DNA of 55,345 nucleotides from a virus (Duplodnaviria; Caudoviricetes): IMG/VR virus record IMGVR_UViG_3300012952_000027, positions 1 to 55,345 of that record; one strand, 5' to 3'. Shown piece by piece: positions 9,520 to 19,027 of this stretch (position 1 is its first letter; each line of letters starts with the position of its first letter). The notes under the pieces were generated by a model. It saw only the letters and a program-made list of their open reading frames with translations, ran no database searches and was not told where the DNA came from. The position numbers and the translations under genes were made by a program.

Positions 9520-9912
9520 TTAACTTTGCAAAATAGTCACTATCAAATTGTGAATTTCTTCAGATCCTGAATTAAAATCAAAAGATTCTACAAGGTTGTT
9601 GCTTACATCTTCTCTGTTAGTTGATAATAACAAATTATCGTCAAGCTTTATAATCACCTCGCAGACTTCTTCTCCTGATATGAGAGAGCATATAAAATCC
9701 ATTGGTGCTTTGAGCTTAATTAAAATCTTTTTACTACTTTCCTTTTTTATTCCCAAAGCTAGACAAGCAAACTCTTTTTCGGAAGATGTTTTAAAATAGC
9801 AAAATAATTCTTGCAAAGCATGAGTCGAAGAGTTCTCAACCAGGGTGTCTTTATCTACTCTGTCAGAAATAGAATCACTAACCATAAAGTTCTCTGATAA
9901 CTGTCCTATCAT
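9520..9912 (-). CDS. hypothetical protein
   Basis: ORF track 9520..9990; likely start ATG 9912 (MIGQL), just after the upstream stop. Confidence 0.55.
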   Translation of the reverse strand: MIGQLSENFMVSDSISDRVDKDTLVENSSTHALQELFCYFKTSSEKEFACLALGIKKESSKKILIKLKAPMDFICSLISGEEVCEVIIKLDDNLLLSTNREDVSNNLVESFDFNSGSEEIHNLIVTILQS

Positions 9913-9919
9913 TTTATGA

Positions 9920-10318
9920 CTATTGAAACCTATCATTATCAACGTTGTCTGCAGCGTAATAGTGATCAATATCCCTGTATAAGAGATCACAATACTTTGC
10001 TAGCTCTACGTCGAGCTCAGTAACGGCGTTTACGTCTTTTGTAAATGTCTCTATGACAACATCAAGGTGATCAATTGTAATTTTTCCATGATGACCGATC
10101 TTTTGTTGATATACAAGAAGCTCAGAGATAAAATCGTACATCTTTCTAAAATCATTAAACTTAAACCCTCTAGCCAACCTCTCGGGATTGGCGGCCGTCG
10201 TCCACTCTGACTCGGCAGGAGTTATTGGAACTAAAGTAGATTCTCTAATAATTGAAACCCTTTCTCTTGATGAGTAGGTAGAATTCTTTGCTTCGACATC
10301 AAAATCAATTAGCTTCAT
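9920..10318 (-). CDS. pterin-4-alpha-carbinolamine dehydratase-like protein
   Basis: W...L.R.FKFNDF....FI...GHH...V.IET.T....VTELDVELAKYCD pattern of PCD/PhhB. Confidence 0.75.
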   Translation of the reverse strand: MKLIDFDVEAKNSTYSSRERVSIIRESTLVPITPAESEWTTAANPERLARGFKFNDFRKMYDFISELLVYQQKIGHHGKITIDHLDVVIETFTKDVNAVTELDVELAKYCDLLYRDIDHYYAADNVDNDRFQ

Positions 10319-12243
10319 TGACTACCTCTTTCTGATTTTATTTTTTTAATATATCGATCTCTTCTCTTCGGTGCCTTGCTCAGAGCTTTTCCAATAACAT
10401 CAAATATTCTTGCCTGGGATCTCGGAGAATCTCTTTTGAAAGAATCATACATTTTAATCTGAGAGTTTATGAATTCATCAAAGTCTTCTCTTTCGTCAAG
10501 AGTTGCAAATGCATCATGATTTTCTTCAAAATCTTTTATGATCATCTTCAAGCCACCTTTTGCTTTAATATCCTCAGGGACTATATGATCTTTTGCCATT
10601 ATGTCGATAAACTCCTGGACAGCCTCGTAGGCAGACCTTGTGTCTCTAAAGGTGCTGCTATCTACGTCTGTTTCTTCTGTAGGCAGTCCGACAACAGACT
10701 GCAATCTCTGATATCCCTCTAGCCCAGGCTGATACAAACCTTGGGGGCCTAGAAGCTTATCTTTGAGATCCGACGCTATCGGATCACCAGCATCTATTCT
10801 ATCCTCTAAGAATACACCCAGGTTATGAATAAAAACGTCGTAAAGTTTTGTAACGACTGCTTCTTCGGCTCTAACTTTTAAAGGATCATAAATGAGTGGA
10901 ATATTCTGCCTTCCTCTTGGCATTCTCCTGAGACCGAATATCTTTCTTAAAACTTCATTATCCATTCCACTTGCTTTTAAATCTTCATAAAAGATGTTTC
11001 TAACATCTCCAATAGACTGGCTTGTTTCTTCAGATATTTTTTCTATAAAGGCTCGTATTGCTTCTTGACTAAGGTTAAGCTTGCCTGGCTCATACTCTGA
11101 AGCCAGCGTCTCCTCTCTAATCATTTTTCTTATCTCTTCTATCTCAGCCTTTGACAAGCCTTCTTCAGTAGCAGCTTCGCCTTCTTCTTCCGGCTGGGAG
11201 CCTCCTTCTATTTGAGAAATTGCATCTTGCTTAGCATCCTCAATAAGGTCAAGGATTTTCTTCACAGTAACTGAATAGCTCCCTAGCTCTGACAGACTAA
11301 AACTAAACTTGTCTTCAGGCTTTTTGTCTTTGAAGTCTTTGTGAGTTGCTACGTGATTCTCAATGCTAGATTTAAACTGCTCGATATCTCCCTCTGCTTC
11401 TTTCATTTTCTTATCAATTAATATGTTAGAAAACATCTCGGCTGCAAGATCATCATCAACTTTCTCTTCTTTTCCAAGATATCCCGAAGCCAGATCGTTC
11501 ATAAGCATGGTCATAAAAACAGATCTATTAATTTTTAACTCATCAATTGCCTGATCTATTTCTCTCTTTATCTCTCTTTTCTCAAGTGCTCTTTCAATAA
11601 CATATGAAGCTGCACCAGCACTAACGATGGTCATCTCAGGTCTTGACTGACCGGTTTTAAAGTCAGTTATGTCAGTACCTGGGACTTCAATTATGTGAAG
11701 TCTTGCTTTGACTATTAGGTCAACAATGTCATCAATTTTTCTAGAAATATCATATTCTCTCTGCTTGTCTCCTAAATCGCTAGGATAGTCCTCGTGCGGT
11801 GAGACATAAGGTTTATCATGTGCCAAGTCGACTATAGGAGCTTCTCCGTCATCATCATCTTCATCATCTGATACAGACTCTAGAAACATTCTTAAAGCAG
11901 ATTCAGATATTCTTGTTTTGTTTTGTTGTCTCTGAACTGCAAGATCCAATAGCTTGTGAAGCCCTTGGTAGAAATATTTGACCTGATCATCAGGAACTTC
12001 ATCAGTTATTGCAGAAGCCGCAACAGCAAGATCTGGTCGAGACGTAGGGGAATAGTCTGGATCTTCAACCGGAGGCTTTTCAACTGATAGCTGAACAGCC
12101 ATTTCTTCTCTAGGTTCTATTGGAATCTCTGTGTCTTTTCCTGGAATCTCAGAAATATCCAAAGAGTGAAAAGATCTGTTTTCAGAAGTTAATTTTTTTA
12201 TCAGTGTCACAAGTGCCGATTTCTTGACAATTACGCTCATCAA
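10315..12243 (-). CDS. large acidic hypothetical protein, probably virion-associated
   Basis: 642 aa; GGAGG RBS; ATATTTAT upstream; ISESALRMFLES motif. Confidence 0.7.
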   Translation of the reverse strand: MMSVIVKKSALVTLIKKLTSENRSFHSLDISEIPGKDTEIPIEPREEMAVQLSVEKPPVEDPDYSPTSRPDLAVAASAITDEVPDDQVKYFYQGLHKLLDLAVQRQQNKTRISESALRMFLESVSDDEDDDDGEAPIVDLAHDKPYVSPHEDYPSDLGDKQREYDISRKIDDIVDLIVKARLHIIEVPGTDITDFKTGQSRPEMTIVSAGAASYVIERALEKREIKREIDQAIDELKINRSVFMTMLMNDLASGYLGKEEKVDDDLAAEMFSNILIDKKMKEAEGDIEQFKSSIENHVATHKDFKDKKPEDKFSFSLSELGSYSVTVKKILDLIEDAKQDAISQIEGGSQPEEEGEAATEEGLSKAEIEEIRKMIREETLASEYEPGKLNLSQEAIRAFIEKISEETSQSIGDVRNIFYEDLKASGMDNEVLRKIFGLRRMPRGRQNIPLIYDPLKVRAEEAVVTKLYDVFIHNLGVFLEDRIDAGDPIASDLKDKLLGPQGLYQPGLEGYQRLQSVVGLPTEETDVDSSTFRDTRSAYEAVQEFIDIMAKDHIVPEDIKAKGGLKMIIKDFEENHDAFATLDEREDFDEFINSQIKMYDSFKRDSPRSQARIFDVIGKALSKAPKRRDRYIKKIKSERGSQ

Positions 12244-12278
12244 TGCCTCCGTACATAAATATGACGATTTAAAGCAAA

Positions 12279-12740
12279 CTAATTATTTGCTATTTGACCA
12301 TAGGACCAGGCTGCACCCATTCCAAGCAAAAGACCTCCGACAACCCCTATTGCGAGCCATAATTCATTATTTGGGTTAGATGAATTTACTAGCTGCTGGT
12401 CTAAGAAGTCTATATGATTATCTTTTAAATCGACTATTTGAGTATATCGAGTGTTACAAGACTCAACTGATGCATTGGCATTATCAAGGTCTAGTTGAAA
12501 CCTTGCAGTAGCGAGCTCAAGCTCTCTATCTATTCTTACTTGACAAGACTCGTTAGAGAGTTGAATTTCAGCTAGTAGCTTTGCTGCGGCTTCGGTACTA
12601 AACAGTGTTCCGGAAAAAGGAGCGGGCTCCCCTTCCGCAAGAGTAACAACAATCCCCTCATCAGCCCGAACAACAGGAGAAAAAATAAGGGTAAAACCAA
12701 TACAAGTAGAAAAAGCTATACTAAGAAATTTACTTAACAT
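12279..12740 (-). CDS. exported membrane-anchored protein (spanin-like candidate)
   Basis: N-terminal signal peptide (…VRA/DE), coiled coil with two Cys, C-terminal TM helix LWLAIGVVGGLLLGMGAAW. Confidence 0.5.
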   Translation of the reverse strand: MLSKFLSIAFSTCIGFTLIFSPVVRADEGIVVTLAEGEPAPFSGTLFSTEAAAKLLAEIQLSNESCQVRIDRELELATARFQLDLDNANASVESCNTRYTQIVDLKDNHIDFLDQQLVNSSNPNNELWLAIGVVGGLLLGMGAAWSYGQIANN

Positions 12741-13164
12741 GAACGTCTACTCCTAAAATATCTGCAAGCTCTCTAGTAATCTTGTCAGGATCATCAGCGT
12801 GAGATTCAATTATTTCCTTAACTCTTTTCTTCTTCTTTGAATCAAGCGTGTCCTGACTTTCTGCATACTTTCTTTCTGCCTCTTTAATGGCATCATCATA
12901 TCTTTGAAGTGCAAGCTCTCTTTTTCTTACCTCTTCCTGATGAGCTTCATCAATGGCATCTGCTTGCGCTTTGTAATTGTCTTTTTTCTCTGCTATTACT
13001 TTTGACAAGTCTGTTGATTTTCTTGTTAAAATAAAGACTACAACACTAATGCAAATAACTAGTACAATGTCGCCATGAACTTTTACCCACGACCAAAACT
13101 TCTTAAAATATGAAGGAATCTTTTTAAAAAACTCAATAGCGATTACATGCCACATATTATGCAC
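12730..13164 (-). CDS. single-TM coiled-coil protein (i-spanin/Rz-like candidate)
   Basis: TM IVLVICISVVVFIL followed by a long coiled coil; lies directly downstream of the holin-like gene. Confidence 0.5.
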   Translation of the reverse strand: MHNMWHVIAIEFFKKIPSYFKKFWSWVKVHGDIVLVICISVVVFILTRKSTDLSKVIAEKKDNYKAQADAIDEAHQEEVRKRELALQRYDDAIKEAERKYAESQDTLDSKKKKRVKEIIESHADDPDKITRELADILGVDVHVK

Positions 13165-13378
13165 CGTGCCTAAATATCTTCATAGCATCAACGGCGGCCT
13201 GGGATCCAATATAAACTATTGCTATCATCCCCCATGTCTCAGAGTCTAGCAGGGCGTTAGACATCAACCCAGTTGCTGTTAGGAACACTAGAAGCTTTCT
13301 AGAAATAAGCTTCTCCATTATAGTATCAAGCCTTGAGCTTTTAGATTTCTGAATTGGAGCTTCATCACTCTGCGACAT
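13157..13378 (-). CDS. holin-like small membrane protein
   Basis: 73 aa; KLISRKL followed by two hydrophobic segments ending YIGSQAAVD; GGAGG RBS. Confidence 0.55.
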   Translation of the reverse strand: MSQSDEAPIQKSKSSRLDTIMEKLISRKLLVFLTATGLMSNALLDSETWGMIAIVYIGSQAAVDAMKIFRHGA

Positions 13379-13392
13379 TTTTACCTCCTGTT

Positions 13393-13677
13393 TTAGTTTA
13401 TTAAATCGTCATCATCATTTGAAAGTGTAGGAAATCTCATAGAAGTTTTTTTAGGCGATACAATTTGCTTAAGAGTATCGCCTAAAGAAAAGCACTCAGT
13501 TGCCAGTTCTGTTTGAATGGTGCTAATGTACATTATCATTGCCCTTTGATCTTCAACTGTTTTGCTTAAAGTATCAAGCTCTTTTCTTAGTTCCTCTATT
13601 GCACTAGTCATTTCAATGTAATCGCTGTCTACTTTATTCTTAGAGAATAAAGAAAATATGTTCTGAAAAAAACTCAT
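13393..13677 (-). CDS. hypothetical coiled-coil protein
   Basis: 94-aa ORF in operon. Confidence 0.65.
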   Translation of the reverse strand: MSFFQNIFSLFSKNKVDSDYIEMTSAIEELRKELDTLSKTVEDQRAMIMYISTIQTELATECFSLGDTLKQIVSPKKTSMRFPTLSNDDDDLIN

Positions 13678-13976
13678 TTGTCATCCGCTAGTGGGTTTTC
13701 ACTTTCTATTATACTAAAAACAGACTCGGCGTCATCTTTGGAAAGGCTTTTTATAATTTTTTCTCTCTTTTTTCTAGAAAGGTCTTCCATAATCCTTACC
13801 ACGTCTGGAGACTCAGCTGCTATTCTCTGGCCTATTTCTTCAAAAAGCTCTTGCATAGAAAGCTTATGCTTAAAGCAATTCATCCTAACTTGAGCGTGTG
13901 CATCTCTTGTTATGTTGAAATGAACAGTTTTCTTTGTTTCAAAATCAAGGAGAGTTTTGGATTTCTTACTTGACAA
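13674..13976 (-). CDS. hypothetical protein, possibly ribbon-helix-helix-like
   Basis: KKTVHFNI beta strand followed by two helices; GGAGG upstream. Confidence 0.55.
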   Translation of the reverse strand: MSSKKSKTLLDFETKKTVHFNITRDAHAQVRMNCFKHKLSMQELFEEIGQRIAAESPDVVRIMEDLSRKKREKIIKSLSKDDAESVFSIIESENPLADDK

Positions 13977-13978
13977 GA

Positions 13979-14551
13979 CTATCCTCCTCCGCCAAGACCT
14001 CCACCAGGCCCGCCAGCGCCAACAGCGAGGGGTGCATCTGGAATCTCTGGGGGTCCAGATAAATTGAAGTCAAACTGAGAGTCGAGAATCTCTTTGAACT
14101 CGTTGACCTCTTCTTTTCCATAGTTTTCTTCCAAAAAGCTTATTGCCCTATTTACTACAACAGTTTTAACATCTAGTAAAACTTCGTAGTTTTTAGCCAG
14201 TCGAGCAACCCTGTTTGTAAAAGCATCTAGATCCATGGTCGGCTTTTCTCTTTCCGGCTCAGCGGTTTCTGTCTCTTCTTGTTCTTCTTCATCATCTGGA
14301 GCAGCTGCTTGCTCTTCTTCAGGATTGGCGTCAGGATCATCCTGCTCAACAAGAAGAGCAGATAAAGAAAGATTGATTAAAGACTCCATGATAGCTTCAG
14401 AGTCTCTAAGCGAATATGATTCAAAATCTATCATCATTGAATCTATCTGGTCATCTACAGAATCAACAGATAGGCGGGTCGCGTCAGTGTCAGAAGTTAG
14501 ACTACCAACCTCTTCAGTCTCTTCTTTATTTTCTCTAATGTTTTTTCTCAT
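13979..14551 (-). CDS. acidic hypothetical protein with Gly-rich tail
   Basis: 190-aa ORF; GAGG RBS. Confidence 0.7.
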   Translation of the reverse strand: MRKNIRENKEETEEVGSLTSDTDATRLSVDSVDDQIDSMMIDFESYSLRDSEAIMESLINLSLSALLVEQDDPDANPEEEQAAAPDDEEEQEETETAEPEREKPTMDLDAFTNRVARLAKNYEVLLDVKTVVVNRAISFLEENYGKEEVNEFKEILDSQFDFNLSGPPEIPDAPLAVGAGGPGGGLGGGG

Positions 14552-14552
14552 C

Positions 14553-15260
14553 TTAACCTCTCATTGCAGCATTTATTTTTTCTGCCTTAGCAAACCTATT
14601 AGCAATCACACTCCAGCTAAGCTCTTTCATCATTGCAAAAACATAGGTTTTTCTATCCTTTAAATAGTCTCTATAGTAGGCATGCTCCCACACATCCATA
14701 ACCACTACGGGAAATATCCCGAACATATGATTTAAGCTATGAAGGTCAACAACAGTATTGACATATCTTTGCAAGTACATGTGATATCCTGTTACCACCC
14801 ATCCATTTCTTGCAGAAAGAGCACATGCAATAAAATCTTTTTGCCACGCATCAAAAGAGCCAAAGTCTCTTTCAAGTCGCATGTAAGGAATTGAGTCCAT
14901 AGCAATTTCACTTCTGAGATCACTAATGTTTGCAAAATAAAGTTCATGAAGCCACAGAGCATTTAGATTGTATGCTTCATCTACTTTTAGAGATCTAAAG
15001 GTAGAATGATTTAGATTTGCTGATTCTTTGTCAACTGCATCAAGCTCAGCGCTAACCTTGTTAAATGTAGAAACATAGTTATCATACAGCTCTTTATGAG
15101 CTAGCTTGTTTTTCTGGCTGAGAAACTCAGTGTTTAAATCGAACGGCTTGGGCTGGGCTACGTAGCTCTCGTCTAAAGCTCGAGGTGAAGAGCTTTGAGA
15201 ATCTAAACCTAGTGACTCCTTAATAATATTTGCTATTTCTGAATTTTTAATATCTGACAT
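14553..15260 (-). CDS. sod: Fe/Mn superoxide dismutase family protein
   Basis: Metal ligands AH..LY, LWLHELYF, DVWEHAYY; FGSFDAW. Confidence 0.9.
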   Translation of the reverse strand: MSDIKNSEIANIIKESLGLDSQSSSPRALDESYVAQPKPFDLNTEFLSQKNKLAHKELYDNYVSTFNKVSAELDAVDKESANLNHSTFRSLKVDEAYNLNALWLHELYFANISDLRSEIAMDSIPYMRLERDFGSFDAWQKDFIACALSARNGWVVTGYHMYLQRYVNTVVDLHSLNHMFGIFPVVVMDVWEHAYYRDYLKDRKTYVFAMMKELSWSVIANRFAKAEKINAAMRG

Positions 15261-15263
15261 CTT

Positions 15264-15539
15264 TTACAACCTATTGTATGATTTTAAATCCTTTTCTGGA
15301 ATCCTTATTACGGTTCCGTCTCCTCTTTGGCATTTTATATATAGATCACCGTCAATCCTAACTATTGACAACACAGTGTATACCAAGCCTGACTTAGGCT
15401 CTTGAAGCTTAAACCCGGGAGAAATTATAATCTTCTTGTCACTACCCTTGCTAGAAAAAAGACTAACCTCAGACACTTGCCCAGGAGATATTTCTTCAAT
15501 CATTTTTTCAATATCTTTCTGAGAAAGTGTTGACCTCAT
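15264..15539 (-). CDS. hypothetical protein
   Basis: 91-aa ORF; GGAGAGG RBS. Confidence 0.65.
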   Translation of the reverse strand: MRSTLSQKDIEKMIEEISPGQVSEVSLFSSKGSDKKIIISPGFKLQEPKSGLVYTVLSIVRIDGDLYIKCQRGDGTVIRIPEKDLKSYNRL

Positions 15540-15605
15540 CCTCTCCTCAAATGTAAGTGCTCATTACTAATTATTTTAAGCAAGAGCAATTTACAGGTAA
15601 AGAAC

Positions 15606-16022
15606 CTAGTCAATAGAATGTTGTCTTACCTTTATCCCAGCATCATTAAGAATATCAATACCTGATGCATCTCTATATTGCTCTAGGAATACAACCTCTT
15701 TGATTCCTGAGTTTACTATTGATTTCGCACACATCTTGCACGGGGACAGGGTGACATACAGAATCTTGTCTTTTGGATTGTTGTAGTCCATCTTAAGAAG
15801 AGCATTTATCTCAGCATGAATCAATCCTGACTCGCCCGGCTCGGATGACTCTGGCTCATTTGGACCACCTGCATAATTCCCATTATAGCCTACAGAAAGG
15901 ACCTGAGTATTGTCTGAGGTTACTATTACAGTGCCGACTTGGTGCCTCGGGTCACAAGATCTTTCAGCTATTGTTTTTGCTGTCTTTATCCAGACAGTAT
16001 CCCAGTCTGGCCTACTTGTCAT
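15606..16022 (-). CDS. dCMP deaminase (ComEB/cytidine-deoxycytidylate deaminase family)
   Basis: RS.D...QVG, GYNG, HAEINAL, SPCKMC zinc motifs. Confidence 0.92.
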   Translation of the reverse strand: MTSRPDWDTVWIKTAKTIAERSCDPRHQVGTVIVTSDNTQVLSVGYNGNYAGGPNEPESSEPGESGLIHAEINALLKMDYNNPKDKILYVTLSPCKMCAKSIVNSGIKEVVFLEQYRDASGIDILNDAGIKVRQHSID

Positions 16023-17091
16023 CAGCAGTCACCTCTAGATTTTTGTAATACGCTAGATACTGACTAGCTATAGGGCCAAGAGAATTTGAACCCGAAAGGC
16101 GCTTGCAAAGCTCTTCAGTCTCTGATATAAAATCAACCTCTCGCTCTTTTATTGTGCTTAACTCTTTTTCAACAATGACATTTCTTCTTGGGTCCATATA
16201 TCCGAACCCTTCGAGGCTATCAGACATCGGATGATTTTTTACCCAATCTTTTGGATCGACATAGATGTCGCTTCTAACGACTGTTCCAGAAATAGTGTGC
16301 TGTCGACCCTTTCTAGTCAGAAGGCTCTCATGAGGTGTTAGAACACTATTATAAGCCCTAGATGTGAAAAGAGTGTCAGCTATTGTTAACATGGCAGCGT
16401 ATAGCAAAGAAACATTCTCAATAAAAAATTGATGATAATCCTCTATATCTGCATCTTTTAATTTCGGCTGTAGCTTTTTTAAAGACAGGAAAGTTGGCCA
16501 GGGATGCCTTAATCCAACAAATAAAAGTTTGATATCGTATTTTTGGAACAAATCATGAGTTTTAATCGCATACTGAGATAGATTTTCTACAATTTTGTCA
16601 AAATTATCACTTACGAAAATATTCTGGTATCCCATATTTTTAGCAGGATCTGATATAGGTCTAATATCAAATACTCCCTGCTTCCAGATTCTTATAGCAG
16701 ATCTCCTAAGCTTGTTATACGATAACCCACACTCACTCCCGAGAACCCCTCCATCCTGGATAATATGTGGAAAATTAACTCTCTCACTAAAAACAAAAAC
16801 TTCCTTCTGAGCATACAGGCATAGGGATAGAAAATTAGATCCTGTTCTCGGTAGAAATAGTTGAACTCCCTTGTTGGCCACAGAAGACTGTGCCATTTGG
16901 TATATGAGATCTGCAGCGATTGATTCAAAAGCTTCCGGACAACGATTGACAATCTCTTCAAAAACTTTATAGGAATCCCACACAACTGATTTATCAGAAA
17001 GAGGTTTTCCGCTCAGTAGACGATCTACTGCTTCATCCGGAGAAAGATATACTATTCTAGAATCTAATGCTGGAGGTGTGGCATCCTTCAC
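16012..17091 (-). CDS. sulfotransferase-like P-loop protein
   Basis: LPRTGSNFL (5'-phosphosulfate-binding loop) and LRHPWPTFLS (3'-phosphate-binding RxP...S motif). Confidence 0.55.
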   Translation of the reverse strand: MKDATPPALDSRIVYLSPDEAVDRLLSGKPLSDKSVVWDSYKVFEEIVNRCPEAFESIAADLIYQMAQSSVANKGVQLFLPRTGSNFLSLCLYAQKEVFVFSERVNFPHIIQDGGVLGSECGLSYNKLRRSAIRIWKQGVFDIRPISDPAKNMGYQNIFVSDNFDKIVENLSQYAIKTHDLFQKYDIKLLFVGLRHPWPTFLSLKKLQPKLKDADIEDYHQFFIENVSLLYAAMLTIADTLFTSRAYNSVLTPHESLLTRKGRQHTISGTVVRSDIYVDPKDWVKNHPMSDSLEGFGYMDPRRNVIVEKELSTIKEREVDFISETEELCKRLSGSNSLGPIASQYLAYYKNLEVTADDK

Positions 17092-17103
17092 TATAAATTT
17101 CCT

Positions 17104-18036
17104 CTACTGCTTTTTATTATCTCTAGGCTTCTTATCTCTGCCACTGGTTTCTTGATGACTTTCAGGTTTCTTTCTAGGCGATCTCTTCCTGGTTGATCTA
17201 GGTTTATCAAACAAATCTTCAACGTGCTTGTTTTTGGGCAGTTGAAAACCTGCAGCTTTTTTGTGACCTCCGCCACCATACTGCTTTGCTATCTCAGAAA
17301 CGTCGACAGTATCATGAAAAGCTCTCAGGCTCACCTTGGTTTCTCTGGACTCGTGATCCCAGTACCATATCATTGCAAAATCACAGTCAGGGGCTAAGCG
17401 AGCACCGATTTCTGACATCCAGTGAGAAGCATTTACAACAAGAACGTCTTTTCCGCCCACCTTTCTAGACTGAGCTTTTTCACAGACTTTCTTGACGACT
17501 GTTTTGCTATAGGCTAAAATATACGATCCGCGTTTGCATGCGTCGTCAAAGACTGAATCATCTTCAAACTTTTCAAATTCTTCAAACTCAAACGGAACCA
17601 TATCAAAAGCTGCACTAAATTCCTTAGAGTATTCAAGCTCCCACTTCCAAAGGTCGCGATCCTGGATGTATTGGATAAATTTTGGAGGCTCTTTTCCCGG
17701 ATGAAAGAATTCCCATGCTAGCATCGCACCAGACTTTGTCATGTCAAAATGAGTATTTGAAATATCATGAAGCTCGACCATTGCAGATTTATGGTGGTCT
17801 ATGACAAGAAGAGAATTTGCCTCCTCAATCATCTTCTTTGTAGTGGCGTTGTTAAATGAAAAATCTAGAACTACAACATTCTTACCCTTGACATCAGGCG
17901 GCGGTGTTCCATGCTTGCATGCATGGTATTCTGCTCTATTGCCTAGCAGCTTCCATGCAGAGTACGCAGCACCGAAGCCATCTGTACAATCTGCATGGTA
18001 AATTACAACGTTTACCAGTGTTGGTTCATTAATCAT
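17104..18036 (-). CDS. DHH/DHHA1 phosphoesterase (NrnB/nanoRNase-like)
   Basis: YHADCTDG, LDFS, IDHH, DRDLW, SLR, GGGGHKKAAG. Confidence 0.9.
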   Translation of the reverse strand: MINEPTLVNVVIYHADCTDGFGAAYSAWKLLGNRAEYHACKHGTPPPDVKGKNVVVLDFSFNNATTKKMIEEANSLLVIDHHKSAMVELHDISNTHFDMTKSGAMLAWEFFHPGKEPPKFIQYIQDRDLWKWELEYSKEFSAAFDMVPFEFEEFEKFEDDSVFDDACKRGSYILAYSKTVVKKVCEKAQSRKVGGKDVLVVNASHWMSEIGARLAPDCDFAMIWYWDHESRETKVSLRAFHDTVDVSEIAKQYGGGGHKKAAGFQLPKNKHVEDLFDKPRSTRKRSPRKKPESHQETSGRDKKPRDNKKQ

Positions 18037-18605
18037 CTCTCACTCTTTTGATTCATAAACTCATGGTATTCCCAACATCTAGGCTCATACAAGTCGGAAC
18101 CTCCAACAGTAATCTCTGCACCAGTATGTTTTCGATGAGTATAGTAGGCATCTTTTCCGGTTATCGTGCAAACAGCTGGGCAAATCTCAATCTTTGTTGC
18201 CCAAGGCATCATATCTCTAACTTCTTCAAATACATTTCCAGTTGCTGAAAGCTGCAGTGATGACACAACTATGGCGTGGCCTCTTCTAAAAAGATCTAGC
18301 AGGGCTTTAGCTGATCCATCTATCATAAAGGCTTCGTCAACAGCAATCACGTCAAACTTCTCCTCAGAACTGTTAATATATTCTAACATGTCTTCGCCGG
18401 TATTTACACCTATACTTGGTAATCTTCCGCCAGAATGGGTGGAAATCTCGACGTCAGAATATCTATCATCCATTATCGGCTTAAATGCAATAACTTTTCT
18501 ATTTTGATATCTATAACGATCCACTGCAGCAAGCAAGCGTGTAGTCTTTGAGCCAAACATAGGCCCAGTAAAAATAATAAACTCAGGGTCTAGGGTAATT
18601 CTCAT
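18033..18605 (-). CDS. tdk: thymidine kinase
   Basis: GPMFGSKTT P-loop, FKP..D.RY, DEA, VGG...YEPRC. Confidence 0.92.
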   Translation of the reverse strand: MRITLDPEFIIFTGPMFGSKTTRLLAAVDRYRYQNRKVIAFKPIMDDRYSDVEISTHSGGRLPSIGVNTGEDMLEYINSSEEKFDVIAVDEAFMIDGSAKALLDLFRRGHAIVVSSLQLSATGNVFEEVRDMMPWATKIEICPAVCTITGKDAYYTHRKHTGAEITVGGSDLYEPRCWEYHEFMNQKSER

Positions 18606-19024
18606 TTTACTCTTCCATAATCATCTTCTATTCTAACAGGTGTGTCTTGCTTATTATTTCCTATCTCTATTATTTGGCAATCTTTTACAGCTTTTATTCT
18701 ATAGGGACATCCTGACTGGACAAGAAGAGTGTTTCCAGCAATCATCTTTTTCTCTCTAAGGGGGTGTGCAACTGGATCTGTAAATGAAAGCTCATCACCA
18801 AATAATACTTCTGCCTCTCCGGACAGTAAGAACAAGACCTCATTCTTTAACTTATGATATTTTAAGCTAGTTCTATGCCCTTCTTTTATATAGAGCATTT
18901 TTCCATGAACTCCGTTAAAACCCTGCCACGTTTCTTCATATCCCCAGGGCCTCTCTTCTCTTGCAGGCTTGGACTGAGAAACCCAGACTGACTTAGTGTG
19001 CTTTGGATCTTTATATACCGACAT
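18602..19024 (-). CDS. cupin, mannose-6-phosphate isomerase type II C-terminal-like
   Basis: ERPWG, SLKYH..K.E, RIEDDYGR. Confidence 0.8.
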   Translation of the reverse strand: MSVYKDPKHTKSVWVSQSKPAREERPWGYEETWQGFNGVHGKMLYIKEGHRTSLKYHKLKNEVLFLLSGEAEVLFGDELSFTDPVAHPLREKKMIAGNTLLVQSGCPYRIKAVKDCQIIEIGNNKQDTPVRIEDDYGRVK

Positions 19025-19027
19025 GTA

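Noticed and set aside
16692-17279. Alternative-frame minus-strand ORFs 16692..16985 and 17091..17279
   Set aside because: They are nested within or overlap better-supported genes and show no motifs or RBS.
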